A stretch of DNA of 63,169 nt, counting the filler, from Octopus bimaculoides (Eukaryota), in assembly GCF_001194135.2 (NCBI RefSeq). It is 7 parts of 6 records of this genome, joined end to end, with 100 filler letters (N's around TTAATTAATTAA, not from the genome) between each part and the next. Parts side by side here need not be neighbours in the genome. Positions count along the whole stretch, not along the records: positions 45,558 to 53,219 come from NC_068983.1; positions 53,320 to 59,822 come from NC_068986.1; positions 59,923 to 63,169 come from NC_068983.1; 4 more parts are not named here. One strand, written 5' to 3'. Below the pieces are notes generated by a model. The model saw only the letters and a program-made list of their open reading frames with translations, did not search any database and had not been told where the DNA came from. Positions within the stretch are counted from its first letter, which is position 1; each line of letters begins with the position of its first letter. This document shows positions 47,741-61,059 of the stretch, one piece after another. The translations under genes were made by a program, and so were the position numbers.

Positions 47741-48047
47741 ATATATATNNNNNNNNNNNNNNNNNNNNNNNNNNNNNNNNNNNNNNNNNNNNNNNNNNNN
47801 NNNNNNNNNNNNNNNNNNNNNNNNNNNNNNNNNNNNNNNNNNNNNNNNNNNNNNNNNNNNNNNNNNNNNNNNNNNNNNNNNNNNNNNNNNNNNNNNNNNN
47901 NNNNNNNNNNNNNNNNNNNNNNNNNNNNNNNNNNNNNNNNNNNNNNNNNNNNNNNNNNNNNNNNNNNNNNNNNNNNNNNNNNNNNNNNNNNNNNNNNNNN
48001 NNNNNNNNNNNNNNNNNNNNNNNNNNNNNNNNNNNNNNNNNNNNNNN

Positions 48048-48349
48048 ACCGCTAAGCATTTTGACCGGCGTGCTAACGTGTCTGCCCAGCTCGCCGCCTT
48101 ATCGATATAACGATATTCTTTTCGACTCTAGGCACAAGGTCCGAAATTTGCGGGGAGGGGGCCAGTCGATTAGATCGCCCCCAATACGCAGCCGGTACTT
48201 AATTTATCGACCCTGAAAGGGTGAAAGGCAAAGTCGACCTCGGCGGAATTTGAACTCAGAACATAAAGACAGACAAAATACCGCTAAGCATTTTGACCGG
48301 CGTGCTAACGTGTCTGCCCAGCTCGCCGCCTTATCGATATAACGATATT
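48048..48349 (-). mobile_element. SINE family B plus an identical 70-bp head copy at a gap edge
   Basis: 48048-48117 is identical to 48280-48349. Confidence 0.8.
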
Positions 48350-49098
48350 GATTTAGAACTATGAAATGTGTATGTAAGTATACACGCAGTAATACAGATT
48401 CTTTCATGTGGAAATTTGAGTAGTATGTATAATTCTCTGTGCGTGTGCGTTTCACATTATTTGAATTTTTCTCTCTATTCTCGCGAGATTCTGAGAATTC
48501 ACTGTCATGAGACCACGGCGTTTGAGTGTTTCTTTTTTTTTTTTCTTCGCCCTGCCTTAAAACAGAAGTAAACGTTCCTATAAAATCGGTGATATTTTAA
48601 ATGACAACTTCTGTATTATAGTTTCGAATGGTTGTCTCTCCAGCTTCTAGTCTCATACGCAAACAGACTGGTTTCGCTGTGTAGATGAGAAGTTCGCTTC
48701 ATAACAGTGTGGTGTTTGGTTCAGTGTCTGGTGTCTTTGGCAAATACTATCTGCTATAACTTTGGATCGACTAAAGCGTTAGTTATTGTATACAGAAAGC
48801 AATTTGCGAACAATGGCGTCGTTGCTTCCATATCTCCCTTCGGTCAATCACGAGCTGTGTGTGTGTGTGTGTGCATTTGCACACACATCTCATTTCAAAA
48901 GGAGAAGTTGATAAGGGCATGTCTTATACGATGCTGGACAAAAATCTCAAAGGACGTTACTCGTAAAGAATCACATTTTCGGTTTTCTCGACGATGTTTA
49001 TGTCCTTTGCCAATTTATATCAACAAAAGACATCACACAGATAGACACACACACATATATATTACAACAAAATTTTATGTATAGTTACCCAAGATTTT

Positions 49099-49130
<32 letters not shown>

Positions 49131-49224
49131 CGGCGGAATTTGAACTCAGAACATAAAGACTGAGTTCAAATTGAAAGCAAGTACTTTACTCTCAGAGGAC
49201 GCTACACTGTGACCCGGTCTGCTA

Positions 49225-49560
49225 GAAATAACTGACACTCCGTCCGTTGTGACGACGTGTGTTCCAGTTGATCTGATCAGCGGAACAGCCTGCTCGTGAA
49301 ATTAATATGCAAGTGGCTGAGCACTCTGCAGACACGCGTACCTTTAACGTAGTCCTCGGGGAGATTCAGGGTGACGCATTGTGAGAAAGCTGGCCCTTTG
49401 AATTACAGGTACAACTCATTTTTGCCAAATGAGTGGACTGGAGCAAAATGAAACAAAGTCATGCTCAAGAACACAACGTGCCGCCAGGTGTCGCACTCAC
49501 GGCCTTATTATCGTGAGCCGAATACCCTAACCACTGAACCTATGCGCCTTCAGTCTGCTA
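49225..49560 (-). mobile_element. tRNA-derived SINE, family D (RTE-like tail)
   Basis: Homologous to 60255-60716 (cagcggaacagcctgctcgtgaaattaa...ggccctttgaa). Confidence 0.7.
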
Positions 49561-49699
49561 GAAATAGTGACTAAATCTCCTTCAAAACATCCATACCATC
49601 TTGAAAGCGGAAGACATGTTATATAATGCACTTTGTCATTTATCTTTTATTTGTTTGTCATTGGATTGTGAGCATGTTGAGAACCGCCTTCAAGGGTTT

Positions 49700-49970
49700 A
49701 GTCGAACAAGTCAACGCCAGAACTTATTTTTAAAGGTTGGTTCTTATTCTGTTGGTCCCTTTTGCTGAACCGCTAAATTACGTGCTCGCGAACAAACACA
49801 AACACACATATATATATGCGATGGGCTTTCACTCAGTTTCCGTTTACCAAATCCACTCACAAGGCATTGGTCGGCCTAGGGCTATAGTAAAAGTCATCTG
49901 CCCAAAGTGCCGCAGAGTGGGGTTGAAACCTAAGCCACGTGGCTGCAAAGCAAGCTTCTTAACCAGACAG
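49700..49970 (-). mobile_element. SINE family A
   Basis: tttgctgaaccgctaaattacg...caaatccactcacaaggc. Confidence 0.8.
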
Positions 49971-52053
49971 TGACATAATATTCATTGATGAAATAACTTT
50001 GGTCCATATAAGTGTTCTTTCGGGTCGGATTTGAAGCTAAACAACAACAAAAACAAAAACCTTTGCCTTCCATTTTGAAACTGAGACTTTATAAAAAGTA
50101 GGAAATATTCTAAACAAATAGAAACACATTAACTGTATTGCGCAACAAAACCATTTCGTATTCCTTTTATAGTTATATAATAGATTTTAATGTATATTTT
50201 GGATATTATATATCAGTTCTATTTGCTTGTGCTCGTCAAATGATACGACAAGCCTTTTTTTTTATTATCAAACACGTGTGTTCGATGATCTCGAAAGGAT
50301 TGGTTACATGTAGCTAGAAAAAAATGTGTGTGTAAGTATGTGTGTGTAAGTATGTGTGTTTGTATGTGTGTGTGCGCGCGTTAATTGCTCCTATTTGGTG
50401 TATATATGAGTGTGTCTGCGTATTTTGTATAAAGTTGTTATTCACGTGATTGCTACTCAGAGTATCGTTTAATAATGTCTTTGAAACTTTATCGTAAAAG
50501 CAACTAGCAAAAAGAACTTTTACTGGTTCATTGGTTGATATAGTTTGCGTGGTGTGCTTCAGTACCTTTGCTTGATATTGGTAGACGTCCATGGAAGATG
50601 ATATATATGGTGAATACTTTCAACGGTCAACTGAAGACCACTATTTGAAATAGTGTTTGCGACTAAAAAACTTCCAGAAAAAATTTTTGCAGTTACAAAT
50701 TTCCTCGTTGACAAATTTTATGAAAATGTTTCAAGGAGTCTGCTGTTGAAAGAATTTAATAAAACTTTGTAATAGCTCAAAATTATTATTTTCTCTCTCG
50801 ATCGGAAAGAATATGTGTGTTGGTTAAGTATATTCTTAAAAGTATGCTATGTGAGAATATTATAGTTTCTCTAAATACCGTTCTTTGGCGTCAAAGGGAC
50901 TCCATCTGTGAGACGTATGCATACAGTTTCTTTAACGTTATCCTGATATACCTCACAGAATAGATGTTGTCTTTCCAGATTCGGTTTTATTTTCTCGATT
51001 CGAGACAAGGTGGTAACATCTGCACGCTTATGTTTAGAATTGCAAACACTAATTCACAAATGTGATATCACTTTGCTCGGTGAAAAATTGAGACATAAAG
51101 ATCAGCTCCATTTGACTTCCACCAATAACAGAAAACTCTGAAGCCAATCACCTATTGCTAGCCAGAATCCAATAACAGATTTATACACCTTTCTGTTTCC
51201 CAGGTGTATTAAATGCTATTCCGAGTAGCTAGAAAGTGAATCACCGACTTTATACAAATAAACTTAACTACAAGTATTGAGAAGTCAATTACAACCTCTA
51301 AACATAAATTTTATACGTTTGTGTGTTTTTATGCGCATGTTCGTACATTAAAAAACAAACATATTAAGAAACAGTTCAGCGTTGTTTTGAGTAAATGCGT
51401 ATATGAAATTATATATATAAATATNNNNNNNNNNNNNNNNNNNNNNNNNNNNNNNNNNNNNNNNNNNNNNNNNNNNNNNNNNNNNNNNNNNNNNNNNNNN
51501 NNNNNNNNNNNNNNNNNNNNNNNNNNNNNNNNNNNNNNNNNNNNNNNNNNNNTATATGCATGTTTAATTAACAAATATTTACTCTCGCTGTAAAGATACG
51601 CCCTGATCGAGTGACAAAATCTTTGGTACTAAGCGTGAGATATCGTTTGACGTGTGTTTCGTCTTCTCATGACTCAGTGGGGTCGGTTACTTCAACTCTC
51701 ATCTACTGAATTTGCGAAGAGTAAATCTTTATGAAAAACGTAAACAAAAAATTATTAACATGATGTCATTTACAAAAGTAAGTAAAAAGCATCAGCATGA
51801 AGATGTTTTGAGTAAACACGTATATAAAATCATAAACAATGCCTTATAAGGGCACATTTAGTATGACTGTGGGAATATACTCTGAACAGATCACAATAAT
51901 ATTATTCAAAACAATGATGTGTCTTTCTTTCGTTAATAAATCCTGCCTGTCGGTTTAGTATCATGTTTAATGACATCATCCCGGTAATAAATTGTTTGTT
52001 TTTTCATAAACGATTCTACTCTTCATAATACCGGTAGCTAAGAGCTGAGTTAA

Positions 52054-52090
52054 GCAACTCTGATGAGTCTTGAAAAGATAAAATGGTTGT
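52054..52090 (+). ncRNA. Weak hammerhead remnant
   Basis: GCAACU-CUGAUGA-GUC-uugaaaa-GAU-AAAA-U-GGUUGU; stem III missing. Confidence 0.25.
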
Positions 52091-52381
52091 TAAGCTTTCC
52101 TTCGCTGTGAATTAATAAAACTTTTGTGACCTGATCATAGTATATTTTCCCAACGACAATAATGTATGATTATTAAACATGCTGTGTGTGATTTCATGTA
52201 CGCCTATGTAGATTATTATTCAGTTCAATTTTTAGATATCTTACCAATGGAGAAAGAGCCGGTTTCTAACCTTGATCCAGGGCTCCTTCATTCGAAATTT
52301 AACATCAACAGTCATCCAAAAGCATTTTGGATCGATGTTAAGCCTCTGCCACCTTGTTTTTGTTTTAGGTAGAGGCGGTCT

Positions 52382-52626
52382 CTCTCTTGCGCCCTTTCAA
52401 AGCCTAGCCAGGCTCATGGGCCCGGTTTCCCGGTTTCAATGGCGTATGTGTTCCCCAGCTGGACGGGACGCCAGTCCATCGCAGCGTTACTCATTTTTGC
52501 CAGCTGAGTGGACTGGAGCAACGTGAAATGAAGTGTTTTGCTCAAGAACACAACGCGTCGCCCGATCCAGGAATCGAAACCACAATCTTACGATCATGGT
52601 GCTGACACCCTAACCACTAAGCCACG
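52382..52626 (-). mobile_element. SINE family C with an 11-bp TSD
   Basis: AGAGGCGGTCT at 52371-52381 and 52627-52637. Confidence 0.9.
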
Positions 52627-53319
52627 AGAGGCGGTCTACATCACCGTTTATGTGGAAATTGTGTGCTTGTTAGTACTTTTCGGGTTTTCCCATCAATTGC
52701 TCGGATCTCATCAAGTGTCGAATCAAGAAGCCCAAATGTTGCTATGAATACTGGCACTGCAAACACATTGTGGGCCACTGAATGCGGAGAGTTCTGAGGT
52801 CTAAAGTTTCTTTATTCGGCTCTAATATTCTTTAGTGACACGTGTTTCGTTACAGGTGCCATTGTAAGATATATTGTATGATATATTCATCCCCCCCCCC
52901 AGACACTTGTAACATTCCTCGTCAGATATAGGAGAAACAGTCATTGATGGATATATATATATATATATATATATACAAGAATAAGGGCAGAGAATCGTCA
53001 ATTAATAATAGAATTAATAATTAACAATTTTGCCAAGTAGTTCAGTATGAAAAAACCTTTATCGGTAAAACTATTTATCATTATAAATATACAGGGATTA
53101 GCAATTGAGTTGCTTCTCCAACATACTGAAAATTTAGAAATAGCAGTCAAAGAACTACTGATTCCAAACTACAAATTTTTCTCTAAAATGGATGGCGATA
53201 TTTATGGCACACATAGAACNNNNNNNNNNNNNNNNNNNNNNNNNNNNNNNNNNNNNNNNNNNNTTAATTAATTAANNNNNNNNNNNNNNNNNNNNNNNNN
53301 NNNNNNNNNNNNNNNNNNN

Positions 53320-53355
<36 letters not shown>

Positions 53356-56167
53356 TTATACCCATACGTTGAAGATAAAATCTCTTTGATGAAGGTTAGA
53401 TGAAGCAGTTAAACATTCGACAGAAGAAGAAAAATGCGTAAAAAAAACAACAAAAAACAACAAAAAACACCCCACCTCCCACCAAATCAGAAACGATTGT
53501 CATCTCTGTTATAATAAATAAATAAATAAATTTTTAAAAAGTTTTCGCTATGCTGTATTTCATTGGTTGTCATCATCCATAGTTTCTTTCATGTGTAAAC
53601 AGGTAGAGGGCGCCGTTAGCGGCGGTGTTGGTCGTTGAAAAATAAAGGTGAGCTATTTGAGAAAAGAGAATGAAAATAAATAAGAAACAAAGCTCACCTA
53701 TATACAGATAGAGATTTAGATAGAGATACAGAAGTTATAGTATGCGCCTACATATATATTACACTGAAACACGCATATATATACATATATATATATTACG
53801 TAGGTATATGCCCGTCGCACGCATACTCTCACACACACGTATATGTAAATGTATATATACATAAATGTATGTATGTATATATATATCTGCGTATGTATGT
53901 ATGTAATATGTGTAATATGTGTGTAAGCATGTGTGTGAGTGTGTTTTATTGAGCATACTTGAAATATGAAATATGTAGATAGGCGGCGTTTATGAATAAA
54001 TGCGTGTATGTAAAATAGATATATATTATGTGAATGAATATATTTGGGTGTGAGATGCTATATTTACATAATGTTTTCTTATATAAGAATAATATTCAAG
54101 AATTTCGAAACCGAAGAAGGAAATTCCTTTACCCGAAGAAAAGGGTGAGCTATACTAAAAATCGAAACTGTGCCTATTTTCTTTTCTCCAATACATCGAA
54201 ACAGTTGCAAATAAAATATCGATCATTAATATAAACATCGAATAAGGCTTGGATCTGATTGACTGGATAAAGAAATAGATCTCTATGATTTTCAGATTTT
54301 TTAAATTTATATTTATTAATATTAATTAATGTTTATATATATATGTATATATATATGTGTGTGTGTGTGTGTGTGCGTGTGTGTGTGTTCGTGTGTGTGT
54401 GTGCATTTGTGTGTGTATTTGTGTGTGTGTGTGTGTGTGTCTGTGTGTGTGTGTGCATTGGAAAGTAAAAGAAATGCTTAGAGAACCACGAAGAACATAT
54501 ATATACGAAGAACATATATATATATGTATGTATCTGTAAAAATATGTGACACTTATTCAGTAGCCATGATAAAATTCCGAGTTTCGGATGCCAGGGTGGG
54601 AGCCCACGCCAACATCTCTTCAGTTATCCGACCAATTGAAAATTCCTGTGAAAAATTCCCCTATTTGCATAATATCGAGGTCTTTTTCTTTTTTTTTGTT
54701 GTCCTTCCTGTCAAATATATATATATATGTATACATATATACATATATACATATGTATACATATATACATATATACATATGTATACATGTGTACATATAA
54801 ATACATAAAAATATATACACACATATACGTATATATATATATATATGTGAGTGTATGTACATATATATATATATATGTATGTGTATATATATATTTATAT
54901 GTTTGTATGTATGTATGTATGTATGTATGTATGTATGTATGTACGTATGTACATGTTTGCTAGGCCTAGATGAAGAAACTGTAACCACGGCCTCCGTAGG
55001 CGCTACAAGACGGTAATATTGATGTTTTGTTTAAACTTTTTGTGAGTAAAAAGCATGAACAATGAGTTCAATCCAAGTTACCGATATCCGGGAGTAGAAG
55101 GACTGGCTAAAATTGTTATTGCTGAAGTTGAGGCAGGTGCAAAAGAAGAAAAAAGGTGAAGTGGATCAGGAGTATCTGAGTGAGAGATATATTTATACCA
55201 GTTAACTCCGAAGAAAAGACACCATTATGGATTGAAATGGCTGAGGGAAGAGACAGCTCACCTACGAGTCAGTGGATTGAAGTTATGTGTGAATGATTTT
55301 ATAAAGATCAGTTCGTACCTTTTCCCGTGATGCAGCCCAGATGTCGGTGTTTGTATGTGTGTGTATGTGTGTGTGTGTGTTGCCGGGGCACTGTTCTACA
55401 TATGGAAGCAATGATCCTTTATAGTATTCACCTGAGCTTTGTACACTCAGAAATTGATGAGCGAGTGAGTGCTGAAATAATTTCTGGTATTGAAAAGAAG
55501 CGCCAGTCTTTATAATGAAAGTCGTTCTATGTTACGGATGTATTTTCGCCAAAAGTGATCCCTGGTGATGGCGAAACTTGACATGAAGTGAAAAACAAAA
55601 TATTCAAAACCTACTAGATATCAGTAGTCACATTGATAATAATATATGATAAAGCACCATGTGCACGGTGAATGGCGAGAACCAGATGACATACATATTC
55701 ATTTTTAAATACGTTCCGACAGATTCGAACGTTAATATGCTAATCGCCGTTGTATTTCGCCATTGGAGAGTAACACTTTTCAGACGAATGCATATCCCTA
55801 ATTTCCAATACTCTAATTAATCAAATATGTTATGGGCTCGCATTCGTATGACAGGAACAGTTGTTCCCTACCGACGAAAAGCAACAGCAATTAGCATATC
55901 TACGTTTGACTCTGCTGAAACGTATGATTCACGTATGATTCACGCTGTTACGATTTATTATGGGTTGTCAAAAATCATTTGCCATCAACAATTTATAAAT
56001 ATAATTAAAAAATTGTTCATTACAATCATTAGTTTAGCTTTGGCAGAGGAGACACAGCAAGGTTGAAACATGAGATGTCTGAAAGTCTTGTTACACTAAT
56101 TGATCGAGTAAGTTATGAATAAACATCCTTCTTAAAGAAGTTGTATTCAAAAACGAAGTACAATAAG

Positions 56168-56600
56168 GCAGCGAGCTGGCAGAAACATTAGCTCGCCGGG
56201 CGAGATGCTTAGCAGTATTTCACCCGTCTTTATGTTCTGAGTTCAAATTCCGCCGAGGTCGACTTTGCCTTTCATCCTTTCGGGGTCGATTAAATAAGTA
56301 CTAGTTACGCACTGGAGTCGATGTAATCGACTTAATCCTTTTGTCTGTCCTTGTTTGTCCCCCTCTATGTTTAGCCCCTTGTGTGCAATAAAGAAATAAG
56401 AAACGTTAGCACGCCGGGTGAAATGCTTAGTGGTATTTCGTCTGTTTTTTCGTTCTGAGTTTGAATTCCGCCGAGGTCGACTTTGCCTTTCATCATTTCA
56501 GGGGTCGATAAATTAAGTACCAGTTGTGTACTGGGGTTGATCTAATCGACTGGGGGCCCCGCCTTCCCCAAAATTGCGGGTTCTTGTGCTTAGTAGAAAA
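56168..56600 (+). mobile_element. Two head-to-tail family-B SINEs
   Basis: ggcagcgagctggcagaaac... then gaaacgttagcacgccgggtgaaatgcttag... Confidence 0.85.
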
Positions 56601-56719
56601 GAATAACAAAATACAATGGCTATGAGCATATTCAAATTCGCATCTGCCGGTGGATATTAAGGATGGACACCGTATAAGTTAGACCTAAAATCTTTAGTAT
56701 CATCAAAATAACACATGCT

Positions 56720-56912
56720 CTTTTATTTTTGCTTCAGTGATTTTACTGCGGCCATGCTGGGGCACCGCCTTTAGTCGAACAAATCGACCCAAGGACTTAT
56801 TCTTTGTAAGCCTAGTACTTAGAATAAGTACTAGGTCACTTTTGCTGAACCGCTAAGTTACGGTGACACAATCAGACCAACATCGGTTGTCAAGCGAGTG
56901 GGGGGGGGGAAG

Positions 56913-56950
<38 letters not shown>

Positions 56951-57015
56951 CATCCGGCTTCTTACAGTTTCTGTCTACTAAATCCACTTTCAAGGCTTTA
57001 TTCGGCCAGAGCCGA
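56720..57015 (-). mobile_element. SINE family A (internally deleted)
   Basis: gcggccatgctggggcaccgcctttagtcgaac...aaatccactttcaaggc. Confidence 0.78.
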
Positions 57016-57617
57016 ATACATACATACATACATGATGGCTGCCCCCTCGTTATCGAATATGGCCATTGCACGAGGCTTAACTGTTATCGGTGCTGTGATC
57101 GAATGTGACTTTTTAGACCAGCTCAAGATCTACAATGTCTTGTACAGAATTGGCAGCTAAAGCCTTTACCAGTAATTGCCGGCTGTAGTTGTAACTGGGC
57201 TTCAAGTACCTTTGCATGTCGTTTAAGTCCCGCCGAATTACGCAGATATTATTAGTATGGTGTGTAGCACCACCATCAGCGGTCTGGTTGTCAAGCTTCT
57301 GTCTCACCTTATGACTACGAAGATGACTCTTGAGTCATACATAATACATACATACATACATACATACATACATAATACATACATACATACATACTTACAC
57401 TCACACACACCACACACATGCATTTGTGTCTGATGTCTTCTGAACAGCTTTAGTTTGCACCACCAGCAGTTGGGCAAAAAGTTTATGCGTTCTAAGTACC
57501 TGGCTAAAAGGTAAGTACTAGAATCGATTTGAGCAAGGAAACTTTTGAAAGTGACATCTCAGCATGGATACAGTATGGAAATTGAAATGAGTAAAAGAAC
57601 AAATGTAGAAATGAACA

Positions 57618-57675
<58 letters not shown>

Positions 57676-58056
57676 NNNNNNNNNNNNNNNNNNNNNNNNN
57701 NNNNNNNNNNNNNNNNNNNNNNNNNNNNNNNNNNNNNNNNNNNNNNNNNNNNNNNNNNNNNNNNNNNNNNNNNNNNNNNNNNNNNNNNNNNNNNNNNNNN
57801 NNNNNNNNNNNNNNNNNNNNNNNNNNNNNNNNNNNNNNNNNNNNNNNNNNNNNNNNNNNNNNNNNNNNNNNNNNNNNNNNNNNNNNNNNNNNNNNNNNNN
57901 NNNNNNNNNNNNNNNNNNNNNNNNNNNNNNNNNNNNNNNNNNNNNNNNNNNNNNNNNNNNNNNNNNNNNNNNNNNNNNNNNNNNNNNNNNNNNNNNNNNN
58001 NNNNNNNNNNNNNNNNNNNNNNNNNNNNNNNNNNNNNNNNNNNNNNNNNNNNNNNN

Positions 58057-58108
<52 letters not shown>

Positions 58109-58724
58109 TGCACATGCGTATTTGTGCAATTCCCACCTCATAACGATACAAATTTTAACAACGATGGTCAACTCTTTCTCATCATTCAATTTGCAGTTCG
58201 TGATACACTGCTTCATACATACACTGAGATTGAATACACTAATCGAATAAATAAATAAATAAATAAATAACTGAACACAATAAAGACAAAATCAAAAGAA
58301 AAATATGAAACCGAAACCTCAAAAACAAAGAAAAATGGTTTCAAAAACAAAAACACATCAACAAATACCAACGATTCTGTATCACATAATTTTAGTAAAA
58401 GCAGCGCTAGAATGATTCGTCGGTTTTTCTTTTCTGTTTTTTTTTTTTCCTTTTTTTTTTGTTTTTTTTTTTTTGCTGTAAGCTAGAAATGGCCAAGATA
58501 AGATGAGTGTGAAAATATAGTTTTTGGCTGTTTTTGTTGTTGTCTACCTGTCCTCATCCGTTTCTCACCTGCGGCATGGATTCCCATTACTCTACTGTCA
58601 TTTCCATTCTTGAATTATTTGTTCTTTCCCAATTTCTTTGTTGTTTGTTTGTTTGTTTTTTTGGTGTTTTACATTTATTTATATGCCTATATAATTTTGT
58701 TTTCTCATTTTATTTATTACTTTG

Positions 58725-58763
<39 letters not shown>

Positions 58764-59763
58764 NNNNNNNNNNNNNNNNNNNNNNNNNNNNNNNNNNNNN
58801 NNNNNNNNNNNNNNNNNNNNNNNNNNNNNNNNNNNNNNNNNNNNNNNNNNNNNNNNNNNNNNNNNNNNNNNNNNNNNNNNNNNNNNNNNNNNNNNNNNNN
58901 NNNNNNNNNNNNNNNNNNNNNNNNNNNNNNNNNNNNNNNNNNNNNNNNNNNNNNNNNNNNNNNNNNNNNNNNNNNNNNNNNNNNNNNNNNNNNNNNNNNN
59001 NNNNNNNNNNNNNNNNNNNNNNNNNNNNNNNNNNNNNNNNNNNNNNNNNNNNNNNNNNNNNNNNNNNNNNNNNNNNNNNNNNNNNNNNNNNNNNNNNNNN
59101 NNNNNNNNNNNNNNNNNNNNNNNNNNNNNNNNNNNNNNNNNNNNNNNNNNNNNNNNNNNNNNNNNNNNNNNNNNNNNNNNNNNNNNNNNNNNNNNNNNNN
59201 NNNNNNNNNNNNNNNNNNNNNNNNNNNNNNNNNNNNNNNNNNNNNNNNNNNNNNNNNNNNNNNNNNNNNNNNNNNNNATATATATATATATATATATATA
59301 TATATACTTTTCCCGTTAAATGCAGCGCCAACATTTCCACTACAATCATATTCTACCACCATTTACTTCATTCCTACGACCATTTTTGTTTAACCCCTTC
59401 TCTCTCTCCATCCTCCCCCTCCTTTGTCTCTCAGTTTCTTTACATATATGCATACATATACATACATATATATATGTGTGTGTGTGTATGTGTGTATGTA
59501 TGTATGTATACGCATACACATATTTATATACATGTCAATATACACACATATATATATATATGTCTGTATATAAATCCGCATATATATGTGTCTATATACA
59601 TATTTATATACTTCCTTATACAGACACAAACACAAGCGCACATGACAAGTATATAAACACACATATCTAACGCTATGTATGTATATCGCATCTCTTTTTT
59701 TTAATAACACACTTCCTAAATCTCCGTTCTCCATCTCTCACACTCACTCGCTCTGCCTTCCGT

Positions 59764-59822
<59 letters not shown>

Positions 59823-59922
59823 NNNNNNNNNNNNNNNNNNNNNNNNNNNNNNNNNNNNNNNNNNNNTTAATTAATTAANNNNNNNNNNNNNNNNNNNNNN
59901 NNNNNNNNNNNNNNNNNNNNNN

Positions 59923-60143
59923 AGTCAGACTTGTTCATCACCACTGTAGCATTTCCTTTGTCCGCTGGGAGAATTATGATGGAATTGTCTCCTTGTAGCC
60001 TTTTGATAGCGAACTTTTCTTCCTTAGTGATGTTTGGTTTGGGAAGTTTCGCTTTCTCCAGTACCTGTCTCACCTTCCACCTTAGTTCATCTCCCTGAGC
60101 TTTCGGTATCTTTACCGCTATCTCTTCAATAGCGAATATCCGT
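59923..60143 (-). mobile_element. Penelope-like element, pre-RT coding fragment (open frame)
   Basis: ELRWKVRQVLEKAKLPKPNITKEEKFAIKRLQGDNSIIILPADKGNATVVMNKSD; the PADKG motif typical of PLEs. Confidence 0.85.
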
Positions 60144-60254
60144 CAAATGTAAATAATGTAAATAATGTAAATAATTCCTCATCTCTTAAATATAGAACTG
60201 AATTGCTTCGCAGCTTAATAAAACATGTGTAGATAATTTATTTTATTATACTTT

Positions 60255-60716
60255 GTAGTGGTGGCTGGCACTCCGTCGGTTACGACGACGAGGGTTCCAG
60301 TTTATCCGACCAGCGGAACAGCTTGCTCGTGAAATTAACGTGCAACTGGCTGAGCACTCCACATACACGTGTACCCTTAAGGTAGTTCTCAGGGAGATTC
60401 AGCGTGACAAAGAGTGTGACAAGGCTGGCCCTTTGAAATACAGGTACAACAGAAACAGGAAGAAAGAGTGAGAGAAAGTTGTGGTGAAAGAGTACAGCAG
60501 GGTTCGCAACCATCCCCTGCCGNNNNNNNNNNAAGAGTGAGAGAAAGTTGTGGTGAAAGAGTACAGCAGGGTTCGCAACCATCCCCTGCCGGAGCCTTGT
60601 GGAACTTTGGGTGATTTCGCTCAATAAACACTCACAACGCCCAGTCTGGGAATCGAAACCGTGATCCTACGATCGCGAGTCCGTTGCCCTAACCAGTGGG
60701 CCATTGCGCTTCCACT
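60255..60716 (-). mobile_element. tRNA-derived SINE, family D, full length
   Basis: Head gtggaagcgcaatggcccactggttaggg...ggtttcgattcccag; internal duplication across a 10-N gap. Confidence 0.8.
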
Positions 60717-61059
60717 GTATTTTGTAATAAGTAATAAATTACTTACATGTCTGCATTAATTCTTCGGGTTAAAAGAAATCCATGTTAAAAAATGATCCCT
60801 CGACAACGTTTCAAGAACGCAAAGCCCATATTTCTCTATTTATAACTCTATACACTTTTTTGCTCTTGTATCGTATCATGTATTCTATATGTTTTGTAGA
60901 ATGATGCATTAAGGAGCATTTTTATAAGTATTAGTTGAATCCATATATTGTAACTTAAATTTATATATGCATATATATATATATATATATATAGAAATAT
61001 AAGGAGCAAAAATACTGGAGATTCAGTAAACAACACGTGGTAAAATTATGAGTTGAAAA

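Noticed and set aside
48048-48117. Exact 70-bp duplication of 48280-48349
   Set aside because: It is 100% identical and starts at a gap edge, so it is likely an assembly overlap or collapsed repeat.
51640-51690. GUC-loop-GAC-GAAAC-acac-GUC hammerhead-like motif (minus strand)
   Set aside because: The core is truncated to CUGA and there is no stem I.
57210-57510. Exon candidates 57314-57210 (minus) and 57448-57510 (plus)
   Set aside because: They are embedded in or continuous with SINE-like sequence and are probably repeat-derived; unverified.
60464-60591. ~59-bp direct repeat around a 10-N gap
   Set aside because: Unmerged contig overlap inside a SINE.
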